A stretch of DNA of 64,000 nt from Gemmatimonadota bacterium (GCA_040389905.1 JAZJZK010000006.1:116892-180891), one strand, 5' to 3'; positions 36,871-47,454 are shown, counted from the stretch's first letter. Numbers and translations are program-made. Notes: generated from the sequence alone by a model not told the origin.

Positions 36871-37046
36871 AGCTCGTCTCCATCCTGACACTGCCATTTC
36901 TGGCGCGCAACGCCATGGATGTCATCCCGAGCGAAGTCGAGGGGTCTGCACGTTCAGTCTGGGTTTGTAGTGCAGACCCTCTCGACTCGCTTCGCTCGCT
37001 CGGGGTGACAACTCTGGAATTGGCAGTTTCAGGACGGACACGAGCT
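36871..37046. mobile_element. MITE-like element with ~30-bp imperfect terminal inverted repeats
   Basis: 36871-36900 AGCTCGTCTCCATCCTGACACTGCCATTTC versus reverse complement of 37017-37046 AGCTCGTGTCCGTCCTGAAACTGCCAATTC (26/30 match). Confidence 0.6.
36920..37010. repeat. REP-like palindromic hairpin inside the MITE-like element
   Basis: TGTCATCCCGAGCGAAGTCGAGGGGTCTGCAC ... GTGCAGACCCTCTCGAC...TCGCTCGGGGTGACA. Confidence 0.75.
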
Positions 37047-37107
37047 AATCAGAGCGCGAGCGGGAGCTTTGAGCACGAGCGCAAGCTCTGAGTTGCTCAT
37101 TGCTCAT
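37041..37107. repeat. GAGC-rich dispersed element, copy C
   Basis: 37042-37105 matches 28435-28498 at 60/64 nt; exact core on minus strand at 37085-37105. Confidence 0.9.
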
Positions 37108-37245
37108 GGGCTGGCGGCGCGCGGTCACGTCGCACCGTCTGGCTAAGCGCGCGTCGGCGTGCAACATTAGCGATCGTGGGACTATCTCCAACGGTGAGAG
37201 CTCGGCAGTCGCGGTCCCCAATTTCCTTAGCGAGGAACGGCAAAC

Positions 37246-37494
37246 ATGGCGCTCTTGGTGCTCGTGGTACTTGGGTTCGCCCTTGGGCGGTGGCTCGGCA
37301 CAAGTCGAATGGGATTTCTGACGCTCGCGATGGTCTCGGTTGGATCGACGGTCGTCCAGATCATTCATCTTGCCACCACCGCCGACCGTTCGCGTATGAC
37401 GATGCTTCCGATCGTTGTCGGCGCACTCCTTGCCGTCGGCTTGCTGTTCGGTGCGTTCACACGTCGGGTGCCGCAACTGTCGACCGGCGGGTGA
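37246..37494 (+). CDS. Small 3-TM membrane protein
   Basis: GAGGA RBS; three hydrophobic segments. Confidence 0.6.
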   Translation: MALLVLVVLGFALGRWLGTSRMGFLTLAMVSVGSTVVQIIHLATTADRSRMTMLPIVVGALLAVGLLFGAFTRRVPQLSTGG

Positions 37495-37552
37495 ACTCTG
37501 CTCAGCACCTCGACGCTGGTCCCCGGGGAGCTCATCTCAATGGAGGCATGAC

Positions 37553-38047
37553 ATGACAACGCCCGCAAAGAACACGATTTGCCTGTGGTATGATCGCGAG
37601 GCCGAGGATGCCGCGCGATTCTACGCCGCGACCTTTCCCGATTCGTCCGTCACCGCCGTCCATCGTGCACCGGGAGACTATCCGTCGGGCAAGCAAGGGG
37701 ATGTGTTGACCGTCGACTTTACGGTGCTGGGAATTCCGTGCATGGGGCTCAACGGCGGTCCCATGTTCAAGCACACCGAAGCGTTTTCCTTTCAGGTTGC
37801 CACCAGGGACCAGGCCGAAACAGATCGCTACTGGAATGCGATCATCGGCAACGGAGGCGCGGAGAGTGAGTGCGGGTGGTGCAGGGACAAATGGGGATTG
37901 TCCTGGCAGATCACGCCGGTCGTGCTCACAGAGGGCGTTACCGATCCCGACCCCGCGGTCGCCAAACGGGTGTTCGATGCGATGATGCAAATGAAGAAGA
38001 TCGACGTCGCCGCAATCGAGGCGGCCCGCCGAGGGACCGACGTGTGA
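37553..38047 (+). CDS. VOC family protein (PhnB/3-demethylubiquinone methyltransferase-like)
   Basis: CLWYDREAEDAARFY, LNGGPMFKHTEAFSFQV, CGWCRDKWGLSWQI. Confidence 0.92.
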   Translation: MTTPAKNTICLWYDREAEDAARFYAATFPDSSVTAVHRAPGDYPSGKQGDVLTVDFTVLGIPCMGLNGGPMFKHTEAFSFQVATRDQAETDRYWNAIIGNGGAESECGWCRDKWGLSWQITPVVLTEGVTDPDPAVAKRVFDAMMQMKKIDVAAIEAARRGTDV

Positions 38048-38094
38048 TGTTTCGCGAGACGACCTGCGTTCCGACAAGGCCATCCTGACAGAAC

Positions 38095-38793
38095 TTACTG
38101 CGGGACGCTCGCCACTTTGACTCCGCGGACGAGCAGCCACAGGGTGAGGGGTATTCCAGCGACCGCCATCGGCAGGAGCATGAACCCGCTGGAGAACGAG
38201 GGCGCCACGAGAATGGTTGCGGTGCGCAGAACGAACCCCGCTCCACCGAGTACGAGCAGCGCGCCCACCGCCCTCGGGAAATATCCGGATCGCATCATGA
38301 GGTAGCCCCGGATCATCGATGCGATACCGTATGTCGCGAGGAACAAGCCGGCGATGGTTGAGAACAAGCGAAGCGACAACAGGGCGAGCGCGCTCCGCTG
38401 ATCAGCGGTGAAGGCCGTGAGGCCAGCGGGGTCGCGCAGGATGACGAGCGCGGCGTAGTAACACGATTCCGCGACGGCGTACATCACCATCGAGACGATG
38501 CCGAAGAACGCGCTCAAGAGCGCGAGGTTTTGGTCGACGGGCTTCAGCAGGACGTAGAAGAGCAGGCAGAGGGCGACATCGCACAACCCCTCGACGTAGT
38601 ACGCCGCGAAGCCAAGGCGGTACAGGGTGGGGTCCGCGAGGATTCTTGCCGCCGTCGCGGCAGCGTCACCGCGAACGATGAACAGACCCGGGATGTACAT
38701 CTCTCCGAGCGCGCCGAAGATCACGGAGAGCAGCATCGCTACGCCGGCGGCTCGTGCGTATCGGTTCAACGTCGTCTGGTCCGTCATTGTCAT
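38095..38793 (-). CDS. DUF4386 domain membrane protein
   Basis: YARAAG...GDAAATAARILA...LYRLG...FYVLLKPV...GYLMMRSGYFPR. Confidence 0.85.
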   Translation of the reverse strand: MTMTDQTTLNRYARAAGVAMLLSVIFGALGEMYIPGLFIVRGDAAATAARILADPTLYRLGFAAYYVEGLCDVALCLLFYVLLKPVDQNLALLSAFFGIVSMVMYAVAESCYYAALVILRDPAGLTAFTADQRSALALLSLRLFSTIAGLFLATYGIASMIRGYLMMRSGYFPRAVGALLVLGGAGFVLRTATILVAPSFSSGFMLLPMAVAGIPLTLWLLVRGVKVASVPQ

Positions 38794-38971
38794 GATTTGG
38801 GACTGGAGTGGATGCGGTCACTACGTGCGTACCGGTTCGGGGTTTCCGGAAATGACGAGGCCAGGAACGGGAGGGATGTAACGTCGACAAGCAAGCCAGC
38901 TGGCTCCATCTTACTCCGGCGATATCGTCTTACATGCTGCCGTCCTCTCATTGATCGTCACGACAGAAGCC

Positions 38972-40996
38972 ATGAAAGCCTTCCTCACGCTGTTCGCCCT
39001 GGCCCTCTGGGCCAGTCCCGCCAGCGCACAAATCGGCGGCGACTACGACTACTACCGCGGGAACGAACCAAAGGAGGGCGCCTTCACCGCGCGGCGCCAC
39101 TTCGGATTTGCGCATTTCGCCGCGGACAGTTCCTGGCTGAAGACCCGGTCCGGCGCCACGACGTACCGCATCACCAATCTCTCGCGTACGCAGGACTCGA
39201 TCACGTTCCAGCTTCAGCCGGCGAGCGGAGCCGCCACGCAAATCCGGGGAGTACTTCGCGGCGATACGATTGCAGGGAGACAGCTGAGCGACACGACAAC
39301 ACTCTTCCTGGTGTCGTTGATCAGGCGCAAAGCACCTCCCGTATTCGAGCCGCCATATTCACCATGGCAGGGCGAGGCATCAGCACCGAAGTACCAGGTG
39401 CATATCGACAGCGCCGTACCAATGAAGGCGCGCGACGGTACGACGCTCATGAATCTGGTCGCGCGACCAATCGGTGATGGTCCGTTTCCGGTTGTCATGG
39501 AGCGAACCCCGTATCTGCGACTCAACGGCGGCGGTGTCACGCAGTATTGGGCCTCGCGCGGCTACATCCTCGTTCGGCAGGACGTGCGAGGCCGTGGGGC
39601 ATCAGGGGGCGTGTACCTGCATGAGGTCGATCAAATCAACGACGGCTACGACGCGGTCGAATGGGCCGCGCAACTGCCCGGGAGCAATGGCAAGGTCGGG
39701 CTGATCGGCGGCTCGAATCCAGGCCAGTACGCCGTGTACGCGGCGCTCTCGCAGCCGCCACATCTCGCTGCGATCGCACCCACCGTCACGACGGGCGATG
39801 GGCACATCCTCGGCGTCTACATCGACATGGTGTTCTCGATCGCGAACAACCTGCCGTACGCGTGCTTCGTGCAGGGTCACGAGATGCACGACCTCGCTTC
39901 ACTCGACATCGGCCGACCGATGCTGCACCTGCCAGTCGCGGACCTCACCAGGAAAATGGGTTGCACCGATCAGACGTTCTGGGACCTCTGGATGCAGCAC
40001 AACACCTACGACTCCTTCTGGAAGGAGCTCAGCGTCGAGCGTCGCTTGAAGGATGTGCGCGTGCCGTTTCTGGGAATGACCGGCTGGTTCGATGATTCGC
40101 GCGGTCCGATTCGTCATTTCGCACGGCTCGACTCGATTGCCAACCACCCGTACCAGCGGTTGATGATCAGTGCAGGTGCGCACAAGGGAATCGACTATGT
40201 GTCCGGCGATTTCGGTCCGCAGGCGCGTGCCGATTTCAACCGTGTCACCGTCATGTGGTTCGACCGCTACCTGAAGGGCATCGACAATGGCGTCGACAAA
40301 GGTCCGCGCATCGACATGTTCATCATGGGTGACAACAGGTGGCGAAAGGAAAGCGAATGGCCTCTCGCGCGCACGAAGTGGACGAAGTTCTACCTCCACA
40401 GCAACGGCAAGTTCGGTACGACACCACCCAAGAGCGAGCGCGCCGACACGTACAGCTACGATCCCGCCGATCCCACACCGTTCCTCGTTGACGGCCGCGA
40501 GCTCGAACTGAATTCCAACGAGGACTACGCCCGCGTCCACACGGCGCGCAACGACATGCTGCTGTACGAGACCGACGCGTTGACCAAGGACACAGAGATT
40601 ACCGGTCCCATTTCCGCGAGCCTCTGGGCCGCAACAGATGCGAGGGACACGGATTGGAACGTCATGCTGTTCGATGTGCATCCCGACGGTCAGGTCCGAC
40701 GGCTGGTCGACGGTGTGCGGCGCGCGCGCTTTCGCAACGGCTTCGAAAAGCAGGAACTGCCGACTCCGGGCAAGGTCTATCGCTACGACGTCGACATGTG
40801 GTGGACCGGCATCGTGATCCCGAAGGGACACAAGCTCCGGGTGTCGATTGCGTCCGCCGCGTTCCCGAAATACGACCGTAATCTCAATACGGGTGGTAAC
40901 AACGAAACCGAAACACGGTTTGTCACTGCGCACCAACGCATTCTCCACGACGCGGCACACCCATCACATGTGACACTCCCGCTGATTCCACGCTAG
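38972..40996 (+). CDS. CocE/NonD family hydrolase (S15-like)
   Basis: MERTPY, QDVRGRGASGG, DGYDAVEW, VGLIGGS, GWFD, AFPKYDRNLNTG; signal peptide. Confidence 0.9.
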   Translation: MKAFLTLFALALWASPASAQIGGDYDYYRGNEPKEGAFTARRHFGFAHFAADSSWLKTRSGATTYRITNLSRTQDSITFQLQPASGAATQIRGVLRGDTIAGRQLSDTTTLFLVSLIRRKAPPVFEPPYSPWQGEASAPKYQVHIDSAVPMKARDGTTLMNLVARPIGDGPFPVVMERTPYLRLNGGGVTQYWASRGYILVRQDVRGRGASGGVYLHEVDQINDGYDAVEWAAQLPGSNGKVGLIGGSNPGQYAVYAALSQPPHLAAIAPTVTTGDGHILGVYIDMVFSIANNLPYACFVQGHEMHDLASLDIGRPMLHLPVADLTRKMGCTDQTFWDLWMQHNTYDSFWKELSVERRLKDVRVPFLGMTGWFDDSRGPIRHFARLDSIANHPYQRLMISAGAHKGIDYVSGDFGPQARADFNRVTVMWFDRYLKGIDNGVDKGPRIDMFIMGDNRWRKESEWPLARTKWTKFYLHSNGKFGTTPPKSERADTYSYDPADPTPFLVDGRELELNSNEDYARVHTARNDMLLYETDALTKDTEITGPISASLWAATDARDTDWNVMLFDVHPDGQVRRLVDGVRRARFRNGFEKQELPTPGKVYRYDVDMWWTGIVIPKGHKLRVSIASAAFPKYDRNLNTGGNNETETRFVTAHQRILHDAAHPSHVTLPLIPR

Positions 40997-41010
40997 CCTG
41001 TGTGAGCATC

Positions 41011-41499
41011 ATGTCGGACACTCGCAGACGTTTGCGCGGAACGATCAAGAACACCGTTATATGGGGAATCGGCTGGGCGGTGCTCGGCTTCGCGACAAAC
41101 ATGGTGATGCGGACGACTGGCATCATCAATGCGCCGATATCCGTGTTCGATTCAGCAGTGGTCGGCCTCAAGGTGGGCCTCGGCGGCGCGATCGCCGGAG
41201 TAGCCTTCTCCGCCTTCATCGCGTTCGCGTATCGCAACCGACGGATTCAGGAGATCAGCTGGTTGAAATTCGGCGTCGGCGGCGCCGTCGTGACCGTCGC
41301 CAGCATCACCATATTCGTGCAGGGCGCGAGTCTTCTGGGGGGAGGCCGGCTGATAGAGTGGCACTATATGCAGTCGACCCTCGCCATGTTTGCAGCATTC
41401 GGCTTCAGCGTCGCGGCCATTTCAATGAAGCTCGCACAGTTGGCTCAAGTGAGAGCTATCAGCGGGAGCCTGAGCCTGAGCGTGAGCCTTGAGCAATGA
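41011..41499 (+). CDS. Hypothetical 4-TM membrane protein; C-terminus supplied by GAGC repeat
   Basis: Four TM segments; last ~16 codons and the stop lie in repeat copy D. Confidence 0.7.
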   Translation: MSDTRRRLRGTIKNTVIWGIGWAVLGFATNMVMRTTGIINAPISVFDSAVVGLKVGLGGAIAGVAFSAFIAFAYRNRRIQEISWLKFGVGGAVVTVASITIFVQGASLLGGGRLIEWHYMQSTLAMFAAFGFSVAAISMKLAQLAQVRAISGSLSLSVSLEQ

Positions 41500-41602
41500 G
41501 CAACTCAGAGCTTGAGCACGAGCTTTGAGCTCCGGCTTTAAGCTCCACCATTGAGCCCCAGCTTTGAGCTCTTGTCAGCTCACCGCTCGAGGTGCACGCT
41601 CA
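41444..41602. repeat. GAGC-rich dispersed element, copy D
   Basis: Exact core at 41491-41511. Confidence 0.9.
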
Positions 41603-41607
41603 TTGGT

Positions 41608-42174
41608 CTACCTCAGTTCGAGCGCCGAGGAAACAATGAACGACAGGAACAGGCCACCGACGATCACGGTGATCAATACGTGATACCATGGCCGCTTGAC
41701 CACAGCCACGGAGGTCAGCAGCACCGCAGAAATCGCGTTGCTCGCTGCGCCAGAAGCGAAGAATGAGCCAGCCTGCAACGCGCGGCGGATGGCATCGAGT
41801 GCGGGACTGACCGCGAGGATGCCAAAGAACCAGGCACTGTTGCTGAAGTAGTATTCGCGCAGGTCGATAATGCGATCATCGCGCTCGCTGTCCGTGGGGA
41901 GCACGAACGCCGCCGCGAGATACATGCTGATAGGGCTGAGCAGGATGAACAGGAAATAGAAGAAGTTCCACTTGAGCGTGGTGCGCAGCGCGAAACTCGC
42001 CCACCACCATTCGATCAGGCTGATGAAGATCAGGACGAACCAGACGATGGAGAGCCAGTACACCCTCACACGGGCGCGCGCCTGAATGAGCTCGTGGAGT
42101 GTCGTGAGCATGTGCGCGAGGCCGAGGCCGAGCACGATCGAGATGAGGACGGAGAGGTGCTCGAAAGGTGTCAT
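41608..42174 (-). CDS. Hypothetical membrane protein
   Basis: FEHLSVLISIVLGLGL...YWL...WW...DLREYY; multiple TM segments. Confidence 0.8.
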   Translation of the reverse strand: MTPFEHLSVLISIVLGLGLAHMLTTLHELIQARARVRVYWLSIVWFVLIFISLIEWWWASFALRTTLKWNFFYFLFILLSPISMYLAAAFVLPTDSERDDRIIDLREYYFSNSAWFFGILAVSPALDAIRRALQAGSFFASGAASNAISAVLLTSVAVVKRPWYHVLITVIVGGLFLSFIVSSALELR

Positions 42175-42301
42175 TCGTCAGGTACACGCAACGGGTAGTC
42201 GACATGCTGCCACCGGCACCCGTTCCCTGCCGTGGCGAATCGCTATTCTGTTTTGCCAGCATAGATTCTCCCGACCTCCACCTCCTCCCGGGCCGATCCC
42301 C

Positions 42302-43720
42302 ATGCGCAAGGCATTTCGCCAGCTCGCTGCCGCCGCTCTTCTCGCCACCGCCGCCAGGGCGCAATCCACTCCGCTGACGCCGGTGCAGCAGCTCGCCCGC
42401 GAGATCTACAAGGAAGTCATCGAATTCAACAGCGTGAACATCGGCGGCGGTACGACCGACGTCGCGAACGCGCTCGCGAAACGGTTCCGCGATGCCGGGT
42501 TCCCGGAGGACGACATCTTTCTTGGCGGCGTGCAACCGAACAAGCGCAACCTCGTCGTGCGCTACCACGGTACGGGAGGCGCTGCCGGCGCGAAACCCCT
42601 CGTGCTCCTCGCTCATCTCGATGTCGTCGAGGCGCTGAAGAGCGACTGGTCGGCGGGCCTCGATCCGTTCAAGTTCCTCGAGAAAGACGGGTACTTCTAC
42701 GGTCGCGGCATCATCGACGACAAGGCGCAGGTGGCGATCTTTTCGGCGCTCGTGCTGCAGATGAAGAAGGACCGCGCGACGCCCGATCGCGACGTCGTGC
42801 TCGCCCTCACCGCAGACGAAGAGGGCGGGTGCTGCAACGGTGCGCGCTGGCTGTTCACCAACCATCGCAATCTCGTCGACGCATCGTTCGTGCTGAACGA
42901 GGGGGCATTCGGGTTCATCCGCAATGGAAAGCCAGTCGCCAACACCATCGAGGCGACGCAGAAGGTGGTGGGCGGATTCACTGTCACGTCGAAGAACCGC
43001 GGCGGGCACTCATCACTGCCGCGCCGCGACAATGCGATCTACCAGCTCGCGGCGGGGCTGATGCGACTGGCGGACTACAAGTTCCCGGTACAGTTCAACG
43101 ATGTCTCGCGCGCTTACTTCGAGCAGACGGCACGAATCGAGACGCCGGAGGTCGCGACCGCGATGCGAGCGCTCATCAAGAATCCCGCCGATGCCACGGC
43201 GGAGGCGGTGCTGGCAGCCGATCCGCTGTACAACTCGATGCTGCGCACGACCTGCGTCGCCACGATGCTGAAGGGAGGGCATGCGTCGAACGCACTCCCG
43301 CAGACGGCCGAGGCGACCATCAACTGCCGCATGCTGCCGGAAGCGCGCTCGGCAGACGTTCGCGCCGGGATCGTGCGGGCGCTGGCGGACACCGGGCTCG
43401 AAGTGTCGAACGCTGCCGATCGCGAACCCCGCGGGTCGGCAGCGGTTGTACCGGAGATGCTTCGCGCCGTTGAAGGAGTCACCAAGGAGCTGTGGGGCGA
43501 CATCCCGGTGATCCAGATCATGCAGGGAGGCGCGACGGACGCAATCCCCTGGCGCAACGCGGGGATTCCCGCATACGGGATCTCGGGGCTGATGGTGGAC
43601 CCAGACGATTTGAGGCTGCACGGGCGAGACGAGCGCGTGCCGGTGAAGAGCTTTTACGACGCACAGGAGTTTACCGCGCGGCTCGTGAAGCGGCTCACTT
43701 CACGGGGGATTGTGCCGTAG
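42302..43720 (+). CDS. M20/M25/M40 family metallohydrolase (exported)
   Basis: LAHLDVV, YGRGIIDDK, ADEEGG, GGHSS, GGATD, HGRDER. Confidence 0.92.
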   Translation: MRKAFRQLAAAALLATAARAQSTPLTPVQQLAREIYKEVIEFNSVNIGGGTTDVANALAKRFRDAGFPEDDIFLGGVQPNKRNLVVRYHGTGGAAGAKPLVLLAHLDVVEALKSDWSAGLDPFKFLEKDGYFYGRGIIDDKAQVAIFSALVLQMKKDRATPDRDVVLALTADEEGGCCNGARWLFTNHRNLVDASFVLNEGAFGFIRNGKPVANTIEATQKVVGGFTVTSKNRGGHSSLPRRDNAIYQLAAGLMRLADYKFPVQFNDVSRAYFEQTARIETPEVATAMRALIKNPADATAEAVLAADPLYNSMLRTTCVATMLKGGHASNALPQTAEATINCRMLPEARSADVRAGIVRALADTGLEVSNAADREPRGSAAVVPEMLRAVEGVTKELWGDIPVIQIMQGGATDAIPWRNAGIPAYGISGLMVDPDDLRLHGRDERVPVKSFYDAQEFTARLVKRLTSRGIVP

Positions 43721-43727
43721 GACTTGC

Positions 43728-43900
43728 GCTCGAGCAGGAGCTTGAAGGTGAGCGACCAGCGGGAGCGTGAGCCTGAGCGCGAGCCTTGAGCAATGAGCAA
43801 CTCAGAGCTCGAGCCTTGAGCCTACAGCATGAGCCTGAGCCGTGAGCCTGGGCTGTGACTTCTTATTACTTAGCATGAGCGGGAGCCAGCGCGAGCTGAC
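43728..43900. repeat. GAGC-rich dispersed element, copy E
   Basis: Exact core at 43788-43808; (T)GAGC(C/G) hexamer run. Confidence 0.9.
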
Positions 43901-46900
43901 TCCACGGCGCGGACGTTGTCGGCCCGGTCGCGGTCGATGAGTTTGTAAAGCGGGTCGATCACCACTCGCGCTGGCTGTTTGTCGACGACGAGCTCGAAGA
44001 CAACTGGCGAAACACTGATTTGCCGTTTCTCGAGAAAGAGCACCGAGTCGCCGCTCTCGCCGAAGATTGCGATGTCGAGCCAATCATCGAGCGGGACCAC
44101 GCGCTCGCTCCCCGTGCCGTCGCCGCGCCGCTTACGGGCCTCCAATTCCAGGCGCACAAGCCATGCGCCGTCGGTGCGCTTGGTGCACGTCGCCGCGACG
44201 ACCTTCGTATCGAACGTCGTGATCCGTTCGAACAGGTCTGCCACCAGCTCCTCCGATCCTGAAGGCACCACCGGACGGATCTCCTCGAGGAGTTCTGCCG
44301 TCGTGCTGTAGGGCGGATTCCCCGAGGCGTAGCGCGAGAGAAACCGCGTCAGTGCCTGGTTGAGCGGCGCCTCACCCACGGCATCGCGAAGCGCATACAT
44401 CGCCAGCGCGCCTTTGTGGTAGTACGCGTACTCCTGGCCGTCGACGAACGCGAGCGGTGCCTCCACCCCACGTTCACCACCACGGCCGCGGAGATACTGA
44501 TCGTGTTCCCACCCGAGAACGCGGCGCATCTGCTGCCGCCCGAACTCGGCCTCCATCACCATCAGCGCCGAGTACTGCGCGAGCGTCTCGTGCAGCATGC
44601 CGACGCCTTGCACGTTGGCGCCCACCAACTGCTGACCCCACCATTGATGCGCGATCTCATGTGCGGTGACGTAAAACGGATAGTCGATCGCCTCGTCGCC
44701 ATCGAGGCGGGCGTTGAAGCCCATCGATTCGGAGAATGCGATCAAGCCGGGAAAGGACGTGGCATCGCGGACATAGCGAGGGAACTCGACGATCCTCAAG
44801 GAACGGTGCTGGTAGGGACCGAAGTTCGCTGAGTAGTATGCGAGCGACTTTCTGGCCGCATCGACCATGCGGCCGACGTTGGCGTTGTGCATGGGATGAT
44901 GGTAGACCTCGATCGCGACCCCATTGCTCTCGCTCCTGGTCACCTCATACCTCGCAGATGCGTACGCGAAGTGGTGGGTGATGGGTACCTCCGCGTTGTA
45001 GTGGAAGTAGCGCCGTCCGTCCTTGACCCACTCTCGCTCCAACTCGCCGGAGGTGACAGCGATCTGATCGCTGCTCGTGGATACGGTGCTCTCGAACTCG
45101 ATGCGGTCTGCGTCAGGAGCACGGGGCGTGGTGCGACGCGCTACGACATCGTCGATGCCGGCAAGGCGAGCGGCGGGCCCCAGTCCATGTCGCCGCCGCT
45201 CCTTAGGGTCGGTGAGCTGCCGGTGAGCGTCGTATCCGATGACGGGGAAGAAGTCCCGCTTTGTGAAGTATGTGCCATTGTCGATGATGGCGACGTCCGC
45301 GTCATTGTTCACGAAGCCGTTGTTCTCGACCGTGAGATCGAAGCCGATCTCGATGACCTCTTCCGGCGCGAGCGGCGTTCGCAGGCGAAGAATACGGTAG
45401 CCAAGCGCCGTGTCGACGAGGATGAGGTCGTAGGGGGGAAGGGCAAGGTGGTTTACGCGGACGTGCACCGGAATGCTCACGTGAATGTCTCGGAGCGGTG
45501 TCGCGGAGCGGTGTCGCATGCGATACGTGCCCCGAATCTCGACGCGTCGTCGCTCGGGAAAGATGTCGACCTCCGACCGCACAGCGGTGATCCGGGGCAT
45601 CGTGACACCCTGATACTTCCGATACCGCTGCTCATAGCGCGCTCGAGCGTCCGCCGCACGCGTGCTCGGCACATACGCATTCAGGACGTTGGTGTTGTAG
45701 AATATCCAGGAGCCCACGGCCACCGCGCCGATGGCGCCAACGGTGACAACCGCCCGCGCAGGCCCACGGAACCGCGCGCGCGCCGAGGCAAACCGCGTCC
45801 CCCACGCGTCGTCGGTACCCCTCCGCCAGAACATGATTGCAAGCCCGCCAAGCACGACTGCGACGAACGCCCAATACAGGCTGTACCAGGCGAACGGCGC
45901 GCCGAATGGTCCGTAGCCGTTGAAGTCGGAGTAGGGCGTCGGTGGGAGGCTCGCGAAGCGATAGAGATGATGCTCGAACCCGAACTCCTCGAGGAGATCC
46001 CAGCTGATGATGAAGAGGATCACCAGTCCATAGCCCGCGAGCTTGCTGCGCGCGCCGACGTGGAACGAGCACGCGAGGACCATCATGAGGATCGGATAGA
46101 CGGCCGCGACCGCGACGCCCTGCGCGTAGAGGCCAAGCGCGATGTCGTCGTAACCGTTTATGAGTTGGAAGCCGATCAGGGCGAGAACGCCCGCCAAGAG
46201 AAAAATGCCAATCACCAGCAGCAGCGCCGTGAGCTTTCCCGCCAAGTAGACGCCGCTGGGCGCCGGCATCGAATCGAATACCTCATTCAACTCCGCCGAG
46301 CGCTCTCTCCAGATCAGTTCACCGCTGTAGAGCACGACCACGAGCAGCAGCACGATCGAGTAGATGCCCTGCAACGCCTCGAGCATCAGGTACGTGCGGG
46401 GATAAACGGGCATCCCGAACAGGTTCCCGGCGGACGTCGCTCCCTGAATGAGAACGAGCAACCCCAACACAAGGATGCCGAGAAACGGAACGCTCCACAG
46501 AACGTTCGTCGCCTCGTGGCGCACTTGCCGCGTGAACTGACGGACCACGGTGAAACGCGAGAACACGCGACGAAGCGCCGGTGCGAACACTCGCGCAGTC
46601 TCTTCCACGGGCGATGCGACATTGGTCGCATCGCGATTGCGGCCACGACGCTTCCGCGAGCGCGACGGATCGAAGCCGACGACTGAGAGGCCGAGCGCTG
46701 AGAGACCGAGACCGAGCCAGAGGATCCGATTCCAGAGCAGGGTCCCACCGACTTCAGGAGTCGCGGAGTTCAGCTCAGCGACCGTCCAATACTTGAGGGC
46801 ACCGGCCAATGCCGTCACGCCGAACGGATCGAGGAGTTGCCCGATCCACTGCGGTTCGAAACGCGAAGCCGCGAACACGGCCGACGCGCTGGCCACGAAC

Positions 46901-47454
46901 AAGGCAACGACACCGACGTAGGTGGCGAGCGTGCTCCGCATAAAACTCGCGAGCGCGAAGAACGCCGCGCCGAGCGCGAGGAGTGTTGGGATGATCAGCA
47001 CGCCAAGACCGAACACGTATGGGGCGAGCCGGAATGGCCCCAGTCGTGACGGATCGAGTCCGGGCAAGAAAAAGCTTGCAGCAAGCGCAGTGGTACCGAC
47101 CAGATACGGGAGGGTGCAGACCACCATCGTTCCCGCGAAGCGCGCCGTCAGGAAGGTGACGTGCGAGATCGGCTTCGAGAAGAAGAGGTCATCGGTGTGC
47201 CGCTCGACGTCGCGCACGGCCGCGCTCGTGACGAACGCGGTCAGGAGGAACAGGACGAGATAAATCCACTTCATGAGCTGCTCGAGGATCACCGCCGGCG
47301 CATTCAGATCAAGTCTGCCGGAAGCGCCGTTGTCTGCACCCCCAATGAACAGCAGCACGCTGAGACCGAACGTGACCAGGTAGAACAGGGGCTGCCTGAG
47401 TTGATATCGGATCTCGAACCAGAAGATCTCAGTCCACGCGCGTCTAGCCGCCAT
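43870..47454 (-). CDS. ABC transporter permease fused to M1 family aminopeptidase
   Basis: Two ABC-2 permease-like halves (FEIRYQLRQP; YSDFNGYG), then RIVEFPRY, HEIAHQWWG, HETLAQY, YHKG. Confidence 0.9.
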   Translation of the reverse strand: MAARRAWTEIFWFEIRYQLRQPLFYLVTFGLSVLLFIGGADNGASGRLDLNAPAVILEQLMKWIYLVLFLLTAFVTSAAVRDVERHTDDLFFSKPISHVTFLTARFAGTMVVCTLPYLVGTTALAASFFLPGLDPSRLGPFRLAPYVFGLGVLIIPTLLALGAAFFALASFMRSTLATYVGVVALFVASASAVFAASRFEPQWIGQLLDPFGVTALAGALKYWTVAELNSATPEVGGTLLWNRILWLGLGLSALGLSVVGFDPSRSRKRRGRNRDATNVASPVEETARVFAPALRRVFSRFTVVRQFTRQVRHEATNVLWSVPFLGILVLGLLVLIQGATSAGNLFGMPVYPRTYLMLEALQGIYSIVLLLVVVLYSGELIWRERSAELNEVFDSMPAPSGVYLAGKLTALLLVIGIFLLAGVLALIGFQLINGYDDIALGLYAQGVAVAAVYPILMMVLACSFHVGARSKLAGYGLVILFIISWDLLEEFGFEHHLYRFASLPPTPYSDFNGYGPFGAPFAWYSLYWAFVAVVLGGLAIMFWRRGTDDAWGTRFASARARFRGPARAVVTVGAIGAVAVGSWIFYNTNVLNAYVPSTRAADARARYEQRYRKYQGVTMPRITAVRSEVDIFPERRRVEIRGTYRMRHRSATPLRDIHVSIPVHVRVNHLALPPYDLILVDTALGYRILRLRTPLAPEEVIEIGFDLTVENNGFVNNDADVAIIDNGTYFTKRDFFPVIGYDAHRQLTDPKERRRHGLGPAARLAGIDDVVARRTTPRAPDADRIEFESTVSTSSDQIAVTSGELEREWVKDGRRYFHYNAEVPITHHFAYASARYEVTRSESNGVAIEVYHHPMHNANVGRMVDAARKSLAYYSANFGPYQHRSLRIVEFPRYVRDATSFPGLIAFSESMGFNARLDGDEAIDYPFYVTAHEIAHQWWGQQLVGANVQGVGMLHETLAQYSALMVMEAEFGRQQMRRVLGWEHDQYLRGRGGERGVEAPLAFVDGQEYAYYHKGALAMYALRDAVGEAPLNQALTRFLSRYASGNPPYSTTAELLEEIRPVVPSGSEELVADLFERITTFDTKVVAATCTKRTDGAWLVRLELEARKRRGDGTGSERVVPLDDWLDIAIFGESGDSVLFLEKRQISVSPVVFELVVDKQPARVVIDPLYKLIDRDRADNVRAVESARAGSRSC

